This document shows, piece after piece, positions 38,490 through 50,841 of a DNA stretch of 64,000 nt. The first letter of the stretch is position 1; every line of letters starts with the position of its first letter. The notes under the pieces were generated by a model. That model searched no databases. It saw only the letters and a list, made by a program, of their open reading frames with translations, and had not been told where the DNA came from. This stretch comes from Selaginella moellendorffii (Eukaryota > Plantae > Lycopodiophyta), in the NCBI RefSeq assembly GCF_000143415.4, contig NW_003314304.1:573587-637586 (forward strand), in the 5' to 3' direction. Made by a program: the position numbers and the translations under genes.

Positions 38490-39450
38490 CAATCACAATG
38501 GCATTGCAAGCAGCACCAACACTCCTTTCAACTTATACAGAGTGGATCTTACAGGCAATCACGAACATCCCCAATTGGAAACATCTGGAATTAATAGCAT
38601 TATATTTATGATCTCCTCAGCATCATCCAAGAGCCCGCAAGAACACTGATCAAGCAGCAATAGTGATCTCACTTGAGACTTAGAAACCATTGGAGCTAGT
38701 GTGTCTCTAGTAGGGATTACCAGCACAAGGTGGCAGAAAACGATCAAAAGGCCCATGAAACTCTTGAATCCTTCCAGATTCAAGACTTTAAAAAGCTGAA
38801 TGGACAGATCACCATGTAGATTCTGGGTAAATGACACGATAAGAACATTCCTGGTCACGATGTTTGGCTGTAAACAGCATCTAAACAATGCCCAAGCGGT
38901 CGTCCAAGTGTCCATTTTTGCCCATACACTCTGATAATGTAATTCCTTTAGAACGTCTACGGTGTCAAACAAGCACTTTGCTTCTCTTTTGGCATATGTA
39001 GTGATCATAACATTCCATGCTAAGAAAACTGTCCACGAGACAAGGTTTCTTTGAGGCATTGAATCAAAGAGATTGTGAATCCAGTGACAATAGCATACAA
39101 GGTAGCTCATGCAAACTACGTTCCATTCTAGAATTCGATCAAAAACAAGCCTTGCGACGTACATTTACCAAAGAATCGCATTCCATGTCACTACATTCTT
39201 CCCAGGCACGGAATAAAAAGCGTGCAAAGCTGATGATTGTGAATGTAATCTTGGAGCAGGATTTTCCATGAAAAGGAGTCTGGGGCGCGAATGGAGCCAA
39301 ACACGCGGCGTGCATCGCCAGAGCTCCCGCATTTGCCATGCCTTGGAATCCTGTGGTGTGTCAACGCCAAAGATCTAAGCAATGCTTGCAAGATCCAGAC
39401 ATTCGAAGGAACACGTTACGAACAACGTCTACATTGCGAATCTCCTCGTC
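38490..39450 (-). pseudogene. PLS/E-class PPR pseudogene, copy 2
   Basis: Duplicate of 8340-9300. Confidence 0.85.
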
Positions 39451-39535
39451 CAAATGCGATATCGGCGCTTAAAAGCTTCCTATTTTGCGAGGGTTTAGGG
39501 TTTATCATTCCCTGGCAGCAAGGATCCAGCGGAGG

Positions 39536-40267
39536 ATGATCCCAAGATGTATGGTGCTACAGTGATGTGGGGGCGGTCTGGTGTGGGATTTCAAGATCCC
39601 CGCCGGGATTCCTATGACAAATGTAGAGCATCCTTGAGGCGTGGTGAGTATGGTGTAGACCGTGACTTTTGACTTGAATCTTCGGACTTTTGCCTTATCT
39701 AGTATCATGGGCAATAATCATCTATGAACGAGGGTCCAATCAGCTCTGGAGCACATAGGATTCCACTGGGATTTCTCTCCACCATTTGCCCTTGTGTAAG
39801 TTCTCACTCTTTCCTCTTTGTTGGATTTTCGTGGATCCATCGTTGTGATTTTTGTGGTTCTTCCAGCTCGCAAGAATTTGTCATCCGATCGAACTCTCAT
39901 GCTGGATTTGGTGCTGTGGACTGTCGATGATCCGCCACCAGCGCATCTCTTCGTCACCTCCACGGACAGTGATCTCTCTAGTGCGTTTCACTTGCTGCGG
40001 ATGAAGAACTACAACGTTCTTCTGGCATGCAACTCTCACGCGGCCTCCCTGGCTCTCCTTGCCGCAGCTTCGGCAGTATGGCAGTGGGGTAAGCTCGCTA
40101 GAGAAGAAGGCCCGGTAGCACAGACAATCGTGAGCAGCATTCATCGCTCTCCCGGGAGTTTTTATAAATTCGTCACCGCCACCATGTTCTCCTCCACTAT
40201 CATTTACGCTGCCAACGCTACTTTTACCTTGGTCTCCATCGCCACCAACTCCGCCACCACCACCTAG
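39536..40267 (+). pseudogene. NYN-domain fragment, copy 2
   Basis: Duplicate of 9380-10131 (HLLRMKNYNVLLA). Confidence 0.8.
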
Positions 40268-40382
40268 TCCAGCATCGCTTCCGCCACCACCAGCACAAGA
40301 TTCTCCGCCAGGGACACTAGAGAAGCAGGAATCTTTACAGGACTTCCACAAGGATATTTGCGCACTGCTCCAACAAGCGGCT

Positions 40383-40868
40383 TTGACGCTCAGCCAAAAG
40401 CCTCCGGAATCGATGCTTTTGAGTGTGACCCTGGGAGAAAGGATGATTGCTCCACAGCAACAGAGAACAGGAGAGTTTCCAAGGGGAAAGCTACTGAGAG
40501 CTCGACGTCTCAGTGTAAATGCTGTGAAAGTGAAGGATGGAAACCTAGTCGGGAGCCCAGCTCGCCAGGTGCTGTCACCAGTGCCCGAGACGAAGGAAAG
40601 TGGACGTGGAGAAGGTTTTGTTCGGATCCGGGATGGAGGAAGCGGCAAAAGGCAAAAGACTGCCAAGCAAATCGAGGAGATTGCGCTGGGATTGGAGGCA
40701 AGCAAGGTTCCTTTCCTCTGGGTGATACGATCAAACTCTGTTCTTCGCATGGACGAGGAAGGTTTCGTGAGCAGGACTGGCGGGAGAGGATTGTTTGTGA
40801 GCTGGGCGCTGCAGCTAGAGACCTTGCAGCACGAATCAACCGGGGCTTTTGTCACTCACTGTTCATGA
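40383..40868 (+). pseudogene. Chimeric ORF: unidentified fragment fused in frame to a UGT fragment
   Basis: 161-codon ORF (TTG start) whose last ~70 aa are UGT (TAKQIEEIALGLEAS...HESTGAFVTHCS). The fusion is out of frame in unit 1. Confidence 0.6.
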
Positions 40869-41650
40869 GTTCGAATGTCCGGATGGCCTCCTGGGCCTCA
40901 CCAGCTCGAGGGTAGGCCGCGACCATGGCGTCGTAAGAAGTTACGTGTGGAGGGATTTGCCGAAAGACAGCCTCGGCACTGGGCAGTGATCCACACCTCG
41001 CAAACATCTGGACGAGAAAGCTTCTGGAGTGGAGGCTCGCCTGGTTGGCTTCTCCGAGAGGACTGACCCCGACATGGTTGGCTTCCACGCCTTCCAAGTC
41101 CATTCCAGTGAGAGCTCGGATGGCCTCGCGGCAGTGGTGGCTGTTTCCAAAGGCCGTGATCATCGCAGTCGGCTCGGTCGAAGACTGTGACGGCGTCCAC
41201 CAGGCTGCGGCATTTCCCATACATGCTCCTTTCATCCTTGTCAAGGATTACATCAAAGATCTTCGTTGCCTTCTCGAAAACACCATTGTGAGCAAACGCT
41301 TGCAGCATTGTAGTCCGAGCGACTACGTCCTTCTCAGGCATGAGAGCATACATCCTCTAGGCATTTTCATTTTCCCTGGCTTTGGCATACGCAGTGTTCA
41401 TCGCAGTGTGCACGTAAAATGTTTGGTTTCTCCATCGCATAAAAAAACGCTTCGCTCCTTCCAGCTGGTCGTGCGCTTCATAGGCTGATATCAGAGCACC
41501 CCAAAAAACCGGATTTCTCTCTCCTGTCCCCTTTCTGGGTACCATCACAGACTACATTCGTCTCGGGCATTCGATCAAATAGTTCTTGGGTTTGATCCAA
41601 GTTCCTATCAACTGCATAGCGTCGTATCATCACGACCCATGGCCCCACAT
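40868..41650 (-). pseudogene. PPR pseudogene, copy 2
   Basis: Duplicate of 10740-11560. Confidence 0.85.
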
Positions 41651-41803
41651 GAGATTTGCAAGGAAAACATTGGAGCTATGGTGGCCGCTCAAAGTCCTGT
41701 GAATTTCTTTCACCCTTTCCCGGACAGCAAAGAAAGAAACCTCGCTACCTTTTGTGAAACTTCTATATAAGAGTTCCAAGAATTAGGTTTTGATAGGATT
41801 CTC

Positions 41804-42526
41804 ATGGGACATAGCAAAGAATTAATTGTAGAACTCCCAAGGGTAATGAAAGTGGAGAGGATTTTATTCTCTTCCAACACCAACAATCTCGAGTGTGAAG
41901 TATTTGGGAAAGAGGAGCAAGATGGAGAGTGGAAGTTTTTGGGTAAAACAGGTCGAGAAGCAAGATTCAAGCTCACCAAGCTGAGATTCATCCTTGTCAA
42001 GCCTCTCTCTGGATTTGAGGTATCTACAATTGTGAGTTTCTATGGCAAGGACGATGCCCAAAAGCCCGTGGAGGAGTTGGAGTTGAAATACGTCAATCCT
42101 CAACATGTGGACTATCAAAAACCTTTTAAAGTCGGCCAGCTTTCCAAGGACACTCTTGTCACGAAAGCAATTGTTCGATCCAATCTTCGGTACTACAAGT
42201 TCCGGTTGTGGGGCAACATAGAGTATCCCTGCCAGTGGTGGTTTCCAATGGGACACTATGACCAGGACAAGCCCAACCCTAAATCGCGAGAGTTGACCAT
42301 CAGATACTTTGATGTGAAGAACGAAGGGAAGTTAACGCTAGCGCCTCAATGCAAGTTGAAAGTTTTTGAGAGGACTTCCACTCGTCACTCAGAGTGCGAG
42401 GAATTTGATCTACACAATCTTCCACAAAAGAAGCAGCCAAGCATTCGACAAAAGAAGCTGCCAAGCAGATGGGATTTTGTTAAAAAGCTACTATACTTTG
42501 CTTTAAAGGTTTTTAGAAGTAATTAA
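41804..42526 (+). CDS. Orphan 240-aa protein, copy A2
   Basis: Intact ORF; differs from A1 at four residues (R3H, N84D, and Q to R and L to P in the tail). Confidence 0.85.
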   Translation: MGHSKELIVELPRVMKVERILFSSNTNNLECEVFGKEEQDGEWKFLGKTGREARFKLTKLRFILVKPLSGFEVSTIVSFYGKDDAQKPVEELELKYVNPQHVDYQKPFKVGQLSKDTLVTKAIVRSNLRYYKFRLWGNIEYPCQWWFPMGHYDQDKPNPKSRELTIRYFDVKNEGKLTLAPQCKLKVFERTSTRHSECEEFDLHNLPQKKQPSIRQKKLPSRWDFVKKLLYFALKVFRSN

Positions 42527-42867
42527 AAATGTTTATAAACTTAAATCTATCTTAAATAAATAAAATCTTTAATAGTTCAACTTTGTCTCTTCTCTTTGTC
42601 TGATTTAGAGTAGGAAGTTTTCGTGCGACAGATAACATAAGGATATGTGTCTGCTACATAGAATTCTCACCACTAAATTTTACCACAATACGGCCACCTC
42701 TTGGACTGTATGGTTCCTATTGCCAATCATACAATTATTAGTGAAAGACAAGACGTAGAGGAAAGAACAGTGTCCAATTCAGCCCATAAGTGCTGGTATT
42801 TCAAACGATCCATCAAAACTTCCTCTTTGAAAAGCTTCTTCTTTGTTTCTTGGTCTAATCATCATCC

Positions 42868-44353
42868 ATGGGCTCTCACGAGAAACTTCACGTTGTTCTT
42901 ATCCCACTTCCAGCACAGGGACATGTCGTTCCAATCATCTATCTCGCCCGCAAGCTGGCGCTCCTCGGAGTCACTGTGACCATCATCAACGTTGATAGCA
43001 TCCACGAAACCTTGCAGCAATCCTGGAAGAGCGAGGACAATCCTGTGAGTAATGGCCACAACATTCGCCTCGAGTCCATCTCTATGGACTTGCGAGTTCC
43101 CAATGGCTTCGACGAGAAAAACTTCGACGCGCAGGCCGCCTTCTGCGAGGCCATCTTCCGAATGGAGGATCCACTCGCGGAGCTCTTGTCCCGGATCGAT
43201 CGAGACGGCCCCAGAGTCGCGTGTGTCGTCTCGGACTTTTACCATCTCAGTGCTCCACACGCTGCAAAGAAGGCTGGATTGGCTGGAGCGAGCTTTTGGC
43301 CGGGAAACGCTGCTTGGGCTGCCATCGAATTCCACGTTCCAAAGCTCCTGGAGATGGGAGACGTTCCTGTCAAAGGTGAAGCTTTGATTGATCTAGAAGT
43401 GTGTTCTAAGAAAACTTGGGATTTCTATGGTGCCAGCGGGAGATGAAAAGCTGATTTCTTACATCCCTGGAATGGAGCTAAGATCGCAAGACATTCCACT
43501 CTTCATGCACGACGGAGAATTCGAGAAGAACGGGGAAGAACAATCACTGTATCGCTCCAAGAGGATCGCACTGGATTCTTGGTTTCTGATAAACTCTGTC
43601 CACGACATCGAGCCGCGAATTTTCGAAGCGATGAGGGAAGGATTCGGGGAGAATTTCGTGCCGGTTGGACCATTGTTTCCTCTCAAGGGAGAGGCGATCG
43701 ATTCGACTGGATTGCAAGAGGTAAACCTGAGAACTCCGGATGAATCTTGTCTTCCATGGCTAGACAAGCGTGATCGTGGTTCGGTCCTCTATGTTTCGTT
43801 TGGAAGCATCTCCTTCATGACTGCCAAGCAATTCGAGGAGATCGCGCTGGGATTGGGGGCAAGCAAGGTTTCTTTCCTCTGGGTGATACGATCAAACTCT
43901 GTTCTTGGCATGGACGAGGAGTTCTACAAAGGTTTCGTGAGCAGGACTGGCGGGAGAGGATTGTTCGTGAGATGGGCGCCGCAGCTAGAGATCTTGCAGC
44001 ACGAATCAACAGGGGCTTTTCTCACTCACTGCGGATGGAACTCCATGCTCGAGAGCTTGGCGTGTGGAGTGCCAATGCTGGGGTGGCCATCTATGTTTGA
44101 GCAAAACACGAATGCCAAGCTGGTGCTGGAAGGCGAGGGCGTGGGAGTGGCATTCTCGAGATCTGGAGGGAAGGATGGATTTGCGCCGAGAGAAGAGGTG
44201 GAAGAGAAAGTGAGGGCGATCATGGAGGGAGAGCAAGGCAGGAGATTGAAAGCCAGGGCGATGGAGATTCGAGAATTGGCTGTCAAGGCTGCTTCTCCCG
44301 GAGGTTCTTCTCACACGAACCTCAAGAAATTCGTGGAGAGCCTTGCCTCGTAA
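42868..44353 (+). CDS. Family-1 UDP-glycosyltransferase, copy 2; exons 42868-43375 and 43437-44353
   Basis: Same intron and PSPG box as copy 1. Differences: LGLEAS to LGLGAS and HEAT to HEST. Confidence 0.95.
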
Positions 44354-45090
44354 AGAAGATCTTCGCGGGGATACCGATCAAAAACGCTGTCGCGGCAACG
44401 ATCATGATCGTCGCCTATGGCCAAGAGGGCGACGGGGATTCCGCTAAGCAGGTGTTTGATCGTGCCTTGCCCAGAATCTCCTTTGCTGGAACGCGATGCT
44501 CACAGCATATGCGCAGAACGTGCATTTGCATTAATCGAAGCTTCTCTTTGATACCATGCCCGAGAAAGATGTGATCTCTTGGACCGCAATGCTACAAAAA
44601 CAATACCTAGTTTGATAGATGCCGAGAATGTTTTTGCAACTAAATGGAATTTAGCAACCTGGACTGCTATGGGTCATGCAAATGCCCAAGCCAGGAATAT
44701 GGAAAAGGTGAGGACACGATGCTAGAGAAAAATCTAGTGTTGTGGAACTCTCTCATTGCAGGATTTGCTCACAATGGATCTATCGAGAAGGCAGAAAAGC
44801 TCTTTCTCGAGATGCATGAGTGGGATCTCATGTCTGTGAATGCTCTAATCTCTACTCATGGCAATGTCAATTGAGTGCAAGTTATTTTGGATTCCACTCC
44901 TTTGGTGAGCACCATGCTCTAGAACACGATCCTGGTGGCCTACGGTGACAATGATTGCATCATTGAGGCCAAGACCATCTTTGATTATGAGGTGGAGCAG
45001 TGGAATCTCATGTTGTGGAACTCAATGATCTTGGCAGTTGAGTGGCAATCATGATGTAGCCTAGCAGTTGTTCAATGTGATGCTCAAATG
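44338..45090 (+). pseudogene. PPR pseudogene downstream of the UGT, copy 2
   Basis: Duplicate of 14240-14990. Confidence 0.85.
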
Positions 45091-47239
45091 AGATATGGTA
45101 TTTTGCCACTCAATCCTTACGCAATAAGATCTAAGTATCCCAAGACTTGATTATAAAAGAGATTTAATATATAATTTATTAAGATTTAAATATAGAAAGA
45201 AAGAGCTCATAAATAAGAGTGTACCCATTAAATACTGAAGAAAACAGCCCATAAATAAAAGTGCATCCAATCCCTTTAGTTATTTATAATAACTTTTTTC
45301 TACATCATCATCAATTCTTTTTATGCCTCCTTTTATATTGGGATTGTGGGGACCCTATATTTAGGAAAACTTCCAAAGCTTCCAACTTTAGAAATTCTAG
45401 ATGACTATAATCTACGAAATAGATGTAATCAATCACAACACCATTTTATGGGTAATAGAGTTAAAATAGGACTTGTATCACTAATGGAGTTTAAAATCAA
45501 TACCCAAGAAACATGTAATAAATTTGCTCATTCCCAAAGTTGAGTATGATATTAGTGAAACCATCATACCTAGGCAAAATGTATCTTATATACTTGCTAT
45601 TATGAAACTTATCATGCATGTTTTTGTAGAAAGTATGGTAAGTCCACATCATAACCTAGAAAATAAATAGTTTAGAAGTTTTATAAAATATAAAGTACCT
45701 ACTTATTTTTTAGGCTTGCCTAACACTGATACTAACAAGATCCATAATGCACCTGGAGAGAATGATTTAGAATGAACTTTCATTGCACACATTATAAACT
45801 TATACATTAAGTTGGGGTTATTTAGCAGAAGGAAAATGATATAACTAGCTTCAAGTGGAAGTGTTTTTGACAAAAGGAATGTATCATGTATGTTGTTATT
45901 GGTCTAATTCTCAACTTTCCCATTAATATATGAAAAACTATCTAGAAAGTTGAAGAAAATGAAGTCTGAGCAAAGTTTTTTGTATCTTTCAACACGAATA
46001 GTTGAACTAGTGTTATATATTTATATTCATGTCATTTTCATGAAAGATGTTAACAATCTCATATAGGAGCCACTAAAGACACCCATAGTGCTTTAGTGTG
46101 CTATCGGGGAAACAAAGAAAATCTATAAAAAAGCTAAGTGAATCAAAAAACAATAAATAAAATGCTATTATTATATAGTATATTATTAATGAGAGTTCCT
46201 ATAACTCCTCATCATGAGCATTTTGTCAAACATGAATGAAACCACTATAAAAAATCATTGCTATAAAACACATAAATCCCCTTTTTGTTTGTAAAAGTAA
46301 GTTTTAAAATTAATATAATATTTTTTGAACTTTTCGATTATTGTCATTTATTGGTGGAACTTATTCCAGATTTTAACCATTTAGTGGTGGAACTTGCCTG
46401 ATTCTAATTGTTTGATGGTGGAATATAGGCCTCATTTAGAACTTCCTCATCCTCCTTTTCATCATTATTGACACCATCATTACTAGCATTAATAACTTCG
46501 TCCTAGTCTAATGTAAAGATCTCTTTCCCAAGGCATTTTAATTCCCAAACACAATCTAACTTTCATGCCTTTTAAACTCTTATAAATATTATTAGATGTA
46601 TTCTTCCATCCTTTATACCCTTTGTAATAAGTCAAGTGTAAATTGGTGTCTCAAATGGCACACCTTTATATCGAAGAAGATAATATATTTAGAAAAGATC
46701 CTAGAAATTTTATTATACTTTAAAACTATATGTCATATGAAATAAAGCTGGCTATAGCGGCAATTATAAGTTGTTTTACTTTTGGACTTATTTAGCAACC
46801 ACCCCTTTGTGATCCCTTCCAAATATGCACTGACACATGTGTCGGAGAATATGAAAATGATATCTAGATCATCATTAATGTGTAGTGCCAAAAACTTCTC
46901 ATTTTCACTTATAATTTGTGTGATGTAGAAAGTTCTTCTCAACTACTTCTAGTACTCATTCTTATAATATATATTATTTATAATGATTTATCATAGGATA
47001 ACCACAGAGTGGAATCTTAACCCTTAAACATATATATGTATGAGTTTGAAGGCCTTGGGCCACTAAACAAAGGGATGAAGTCAAATTCCTAAACATATAG
47101 CCAAAGAGCAAAAGAATTACAACATAGAATAATTCTAAAATATACAATCAAAGAACAAAGGAACAAAAGCATAGAACAACTTATAAGTGTATAACCAAGG
47201 AACTAAAGAATATGAATATAGAAAGGTATATTTAAATAA

Positions 47240-48080
47240 TCTGTAAACTCTTGAATTTGAACTTCTCGAAATGTCATATAACCCATAGAGCAACTTATAA
47301 GCCTACAGCCAAGGAATGAAAGAACAGGAATATAGAGTGATATATTTGAATAATCTATAAGCTCTTGAATTGAGGTCACTTAATCTAGTACTATTCAAAC
47401 CCAAGGACGCTTAACCCCAAATATCCCAAGTTCACGCCCTCGTGAACGGAAGATGAAAGCCATAACTTTCCTGAGAGATCCGCTCTTTTGACACCCTCGG
47501 GTCGAACCCAGCGGGAGCAAATTGGACTAGCAAGATGTCAATCAATATGTGGTGTGATTTTCTTAATCAATCAACAAAGTTGGAGCAAAAACCACTCTAA
47601 TACCAAATGTAAGCTTCTGAATTTGGACTTCCCAGAAAGTCACTTAACCCAATACTATTCAAACTCAAAAGCACTTAACCCCGAATATCCCAATACCTTT
47701 AACCAATTAGAAAATGCAGTGCACATTTGTTCATGGGCCCTTTCCCTTTATATTTGAACCCCTATGGATCGTCTTTCGAATTGTTCTACTTGGTTTCTTA
47801 TATAATTTTAGAGCATTTAAGTTGAAACTAATATGTAAATCAAAGCTAAATTTATGAGATTTGAAAAAAAGATTTAATACTTTATAAGCTCACAAATTTG
47901 GATTTCTCATCAAGAGGTCACCCAACTTAGTACTATTCAAACCCAAGCATGTTTAACCTTAAATATCCCAAAACCCTTAACTGATTGAAAAAAAGTCACT
48001 TTTATTGATAAGCCCTTTTCCTTTATATTTGAACCCCATAGATCATCTCTTAAATTTTTTTTTTTTCATTGCTTATAACT
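47240..48080 (-). mobile_element. Cluster of Cassandra-like TRIM fragments with 5S-rRNA-derived LTR cores
   Basis: Three segments (47372-47415, 47625-47679, 47914-47957) resemble the reverse complement of the 5S rRNA internal control region. A degenerate Met PBS (reverse complement of ACTCTAATACCA) sits next to the LTR end at 47608. Confidence 0.7.
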
Positions 48081-49271
48081 TCCTTCCACGCATTCACCAA
48101 AAACCTTTGTAGCAATTATTGAAAGTAATTACTAATTGTTTTTGCCACCACTCAAATAATGCTTAGTAATGGTGTTTGTCCACCACTTTCAACCATTTCT
48201 TATCTTGTAATTTAAATTTGGTGCTTTGTTTGGTGGCTATTTCTAAAAATTGTTATAATTGTAGTTATTGCAATTCAAAAAATAGGAATCTTCTTGATTT
48301 TACTATGTTTAGTTTGTTATTAATACACTTGCATCAGTTCACCTTATATAATGGTTTTTAACATGTGTTACGTAAAAATAAATGGTGTTAGACTTTAATT
48401 TTCTTTTAGTCTAAAGCTTGAATAGTAAGTTTTATATGAGTATCAATCAATATGTGAGTTGAAAATTTTTCTTTGCTAGAAATCTTTCATTTTGATACAT
48501 TTAGTTTTATTCCTACTCGAAGATCCTTATATTGATTCATAAAGGCACTTGAAAACCATACCTTCTTACCCCTACCTATCTTTATTATTAGAATCTAAAG
48601 AAATCATGCTCTAAAGAAGTTGTAAAGGAATGTTACTCAGTTTCTATGGCTCAAGAAGAAGAATAAAATAGGACAACCAATAGTTAATTTATACTTGTTT
48701 TCAATAGGTAAAGATGTGATGCTAACCTAAAGAGGTGGTGGAAAATTTCTTTCTCCAAGAAAGATATGAATTCATTGTGAAGAAGCCATTCCCTTTTTCA
48801 CAATGTATATTTGTAATTAAATGTTTAGTGTCACAAATTCTTGCATAAATTCAAGTTACTCATTTTGCTATAGCTAATGGAGCTCAAGTGGTATTGGCGG
48901 ATAATTATGGCAAAATGCTTCTATTGAAAACTCTTTCATGGGAAGAATTTGCTAAATTTTTTTTTGAGTTATAAAAGTTTATAAATTATAAACATAAGAT
49001 TAATCTAAATACATGTGAAATATTCAATTTTGCTAGCTTAACAAAGCCAATTTTAGTGCTTAATAAATAAATATGCAAAATTTATTAAGCAATGGAATTA
49101 GCTTTTATAAGCTAGCAGAGATGGCTAGAGAAGCTTTATCATGATTTGAGTATATATTGAATGACTTCTTCCTCACAAAATTTTGTATCTACTTTGCTAA
49201 CTAAAAAATCAATTAGGATTAGATGACCAAATTTCTTGGCATAACTCAATTATTGGTATTTGCAGCCTATA

Positions 49272-49945
49272 TGTAGCGCACCTTATTTCTCTCCCCTTAA
49301 GCCAACTGGAAAAGGGGCAATTGCTTGATGAGAGAGCCCTTAGTGGCTATTTTATCCCTATTTATCCCCCAAGGTTCCAAGGATCCACGGTGACAGTATA
49401 TCCAAATCTCATCCCATGATCACATGCGCTACACTCACCCCCCCTTCAGAGATGTCAATGTCCTCATTGACTATTGACTAACAACCCCTACTGAGCGAAG
49501 GGGAACCAGCACCTCCATTTCCGCACTCAATCTACCAATCCTTCCATTGTGTAGACTAGCTATTCCATGTGAGGCAACTAGTCATCCACCCGTACCGCAG
49601 TCCCACGGTGGATACCTTCGTCCGTGGATATTCCACACAAAAGGAAGGACGTATGCATGGATGCCCAATACATACAATTTCAAATTTAGGGGTAGGAATA
49701 TACCTTACTCAAGGGTATATTATATTTTTAAGTAGCCACTAATCAATGGGAATCGAACCCGTGCCATTTGCTCCGATACCAACTGTAGCGCACCTTATCT
49801 CTCTCCCCTTAAGCTAACTGGAAAAGGGGCAATTGCTTAATGAGAGAGCCCTTAGTGGCTATTTTATCCCCATTTATCTCCCAAGGTTCCAAGGATCCAC
49901 GGTGACAGTATATCCAAATCTCATCCCATGATCACATGTGCTACA
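49272..49945 (-). mobile_element. Complete TRIM (674 bp): LTRs 49272-49433 and 49784-49945
   Basis: 162-bp direct repeats TGTAGCGCAC...GCTACA, a perfect 5-bp TSD CTATA (49267-49271 and 49946-49950), minus-strand PBS TGGTATCGGAGC and PPT AAGGGGGGGTGAG. Confidence 0.95.
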
Positions 49946-49959
49946 CTATAACATCAACT

Positions 49960-50400
49960 AAGAAGCCTTGTCCTTTAATAAAGTTCAAGCTCAAAGTTTT
50001 GTAGAATCAGAATAAGTTGCTTCATCAAAGAAATAGTGTGGCTTATTAGCTTAATAAAGTAACCATAGTATAATCACCTTTTAGTAATGCCTAAGAACTA
50101 TGCAAATATGTATAAAACTTCTCAAAACCCCAAATTATTGCTAAACACTAGTACTTTATTCTAGAGTATTTCACTTCCACTGGTTTTAATGTACAATTAA
50201 TGTATGCAATGCAATGGTACTGATCAGGCATACTCAGGCTCTTTTGCATTAACACACCACCAAGATTGATATCAAAAACATTCATACACGAAATGAAAAG
50301 TTGAGTGTAGTCATGATATGCCAAAATTGGGGGAGTTATCAACAATTGTTAATACCCACTCTTAATCAATAAACTGTAAGTGATTAAATTTTCCATTCTA
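49960..50400 (-). pseudogene. Ty3/gypsy RNase H relic
   Basis: LITPPILAYHDYTQLFISCMNVFDINLGGVLMQ...IAYINCTLKPVEVKYS fits the gypsy RT-RNaseH consensus. Confidence 0.8.
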
Positions 50401-50841
50401 CTTTAGTCATTTAACCACATATCTGACGACTTGCAGGAGTTTTATGCACAACTTCCATAAATCTTATTCTAGACTTAGGGACTTACTAGCCTCATGAATG
50501 GCATCTATGCCACTCAGCCTTTGTATTTAGTCTAAGTGCTCCATATGTTCGATCCCATAACTGACACTCAAAGGTACCACTGGCATATCAACTTATAATG
50601 CTAAGGCCTGGTAGTCCAAGACCACCCGCATCACAATCTTGCCTCTTAAAGACTAGGCCATCTGTCTATGAGTAGCCATCCCTTATCCACACTTTAACAC
50701 CTTTAGGATGTTTGGAGACATAAGTAACACCCTTCTCTAATGTTCATTCTTCCATCCCTACCAAGTCCCTTTCTATCCATGGCTATGCTCGCCAACACCG
50801 TCACAGGATCAAGGCCTAAAAGCCTGACCACAAAGTCCCAC

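Noticed and set aside
47625-47679. Functional 5S rRNA gene
   Set aside because: Only the internal ~45-55 nt is 5S-like, it is degenerate, and it is embedded in LTR sequence.
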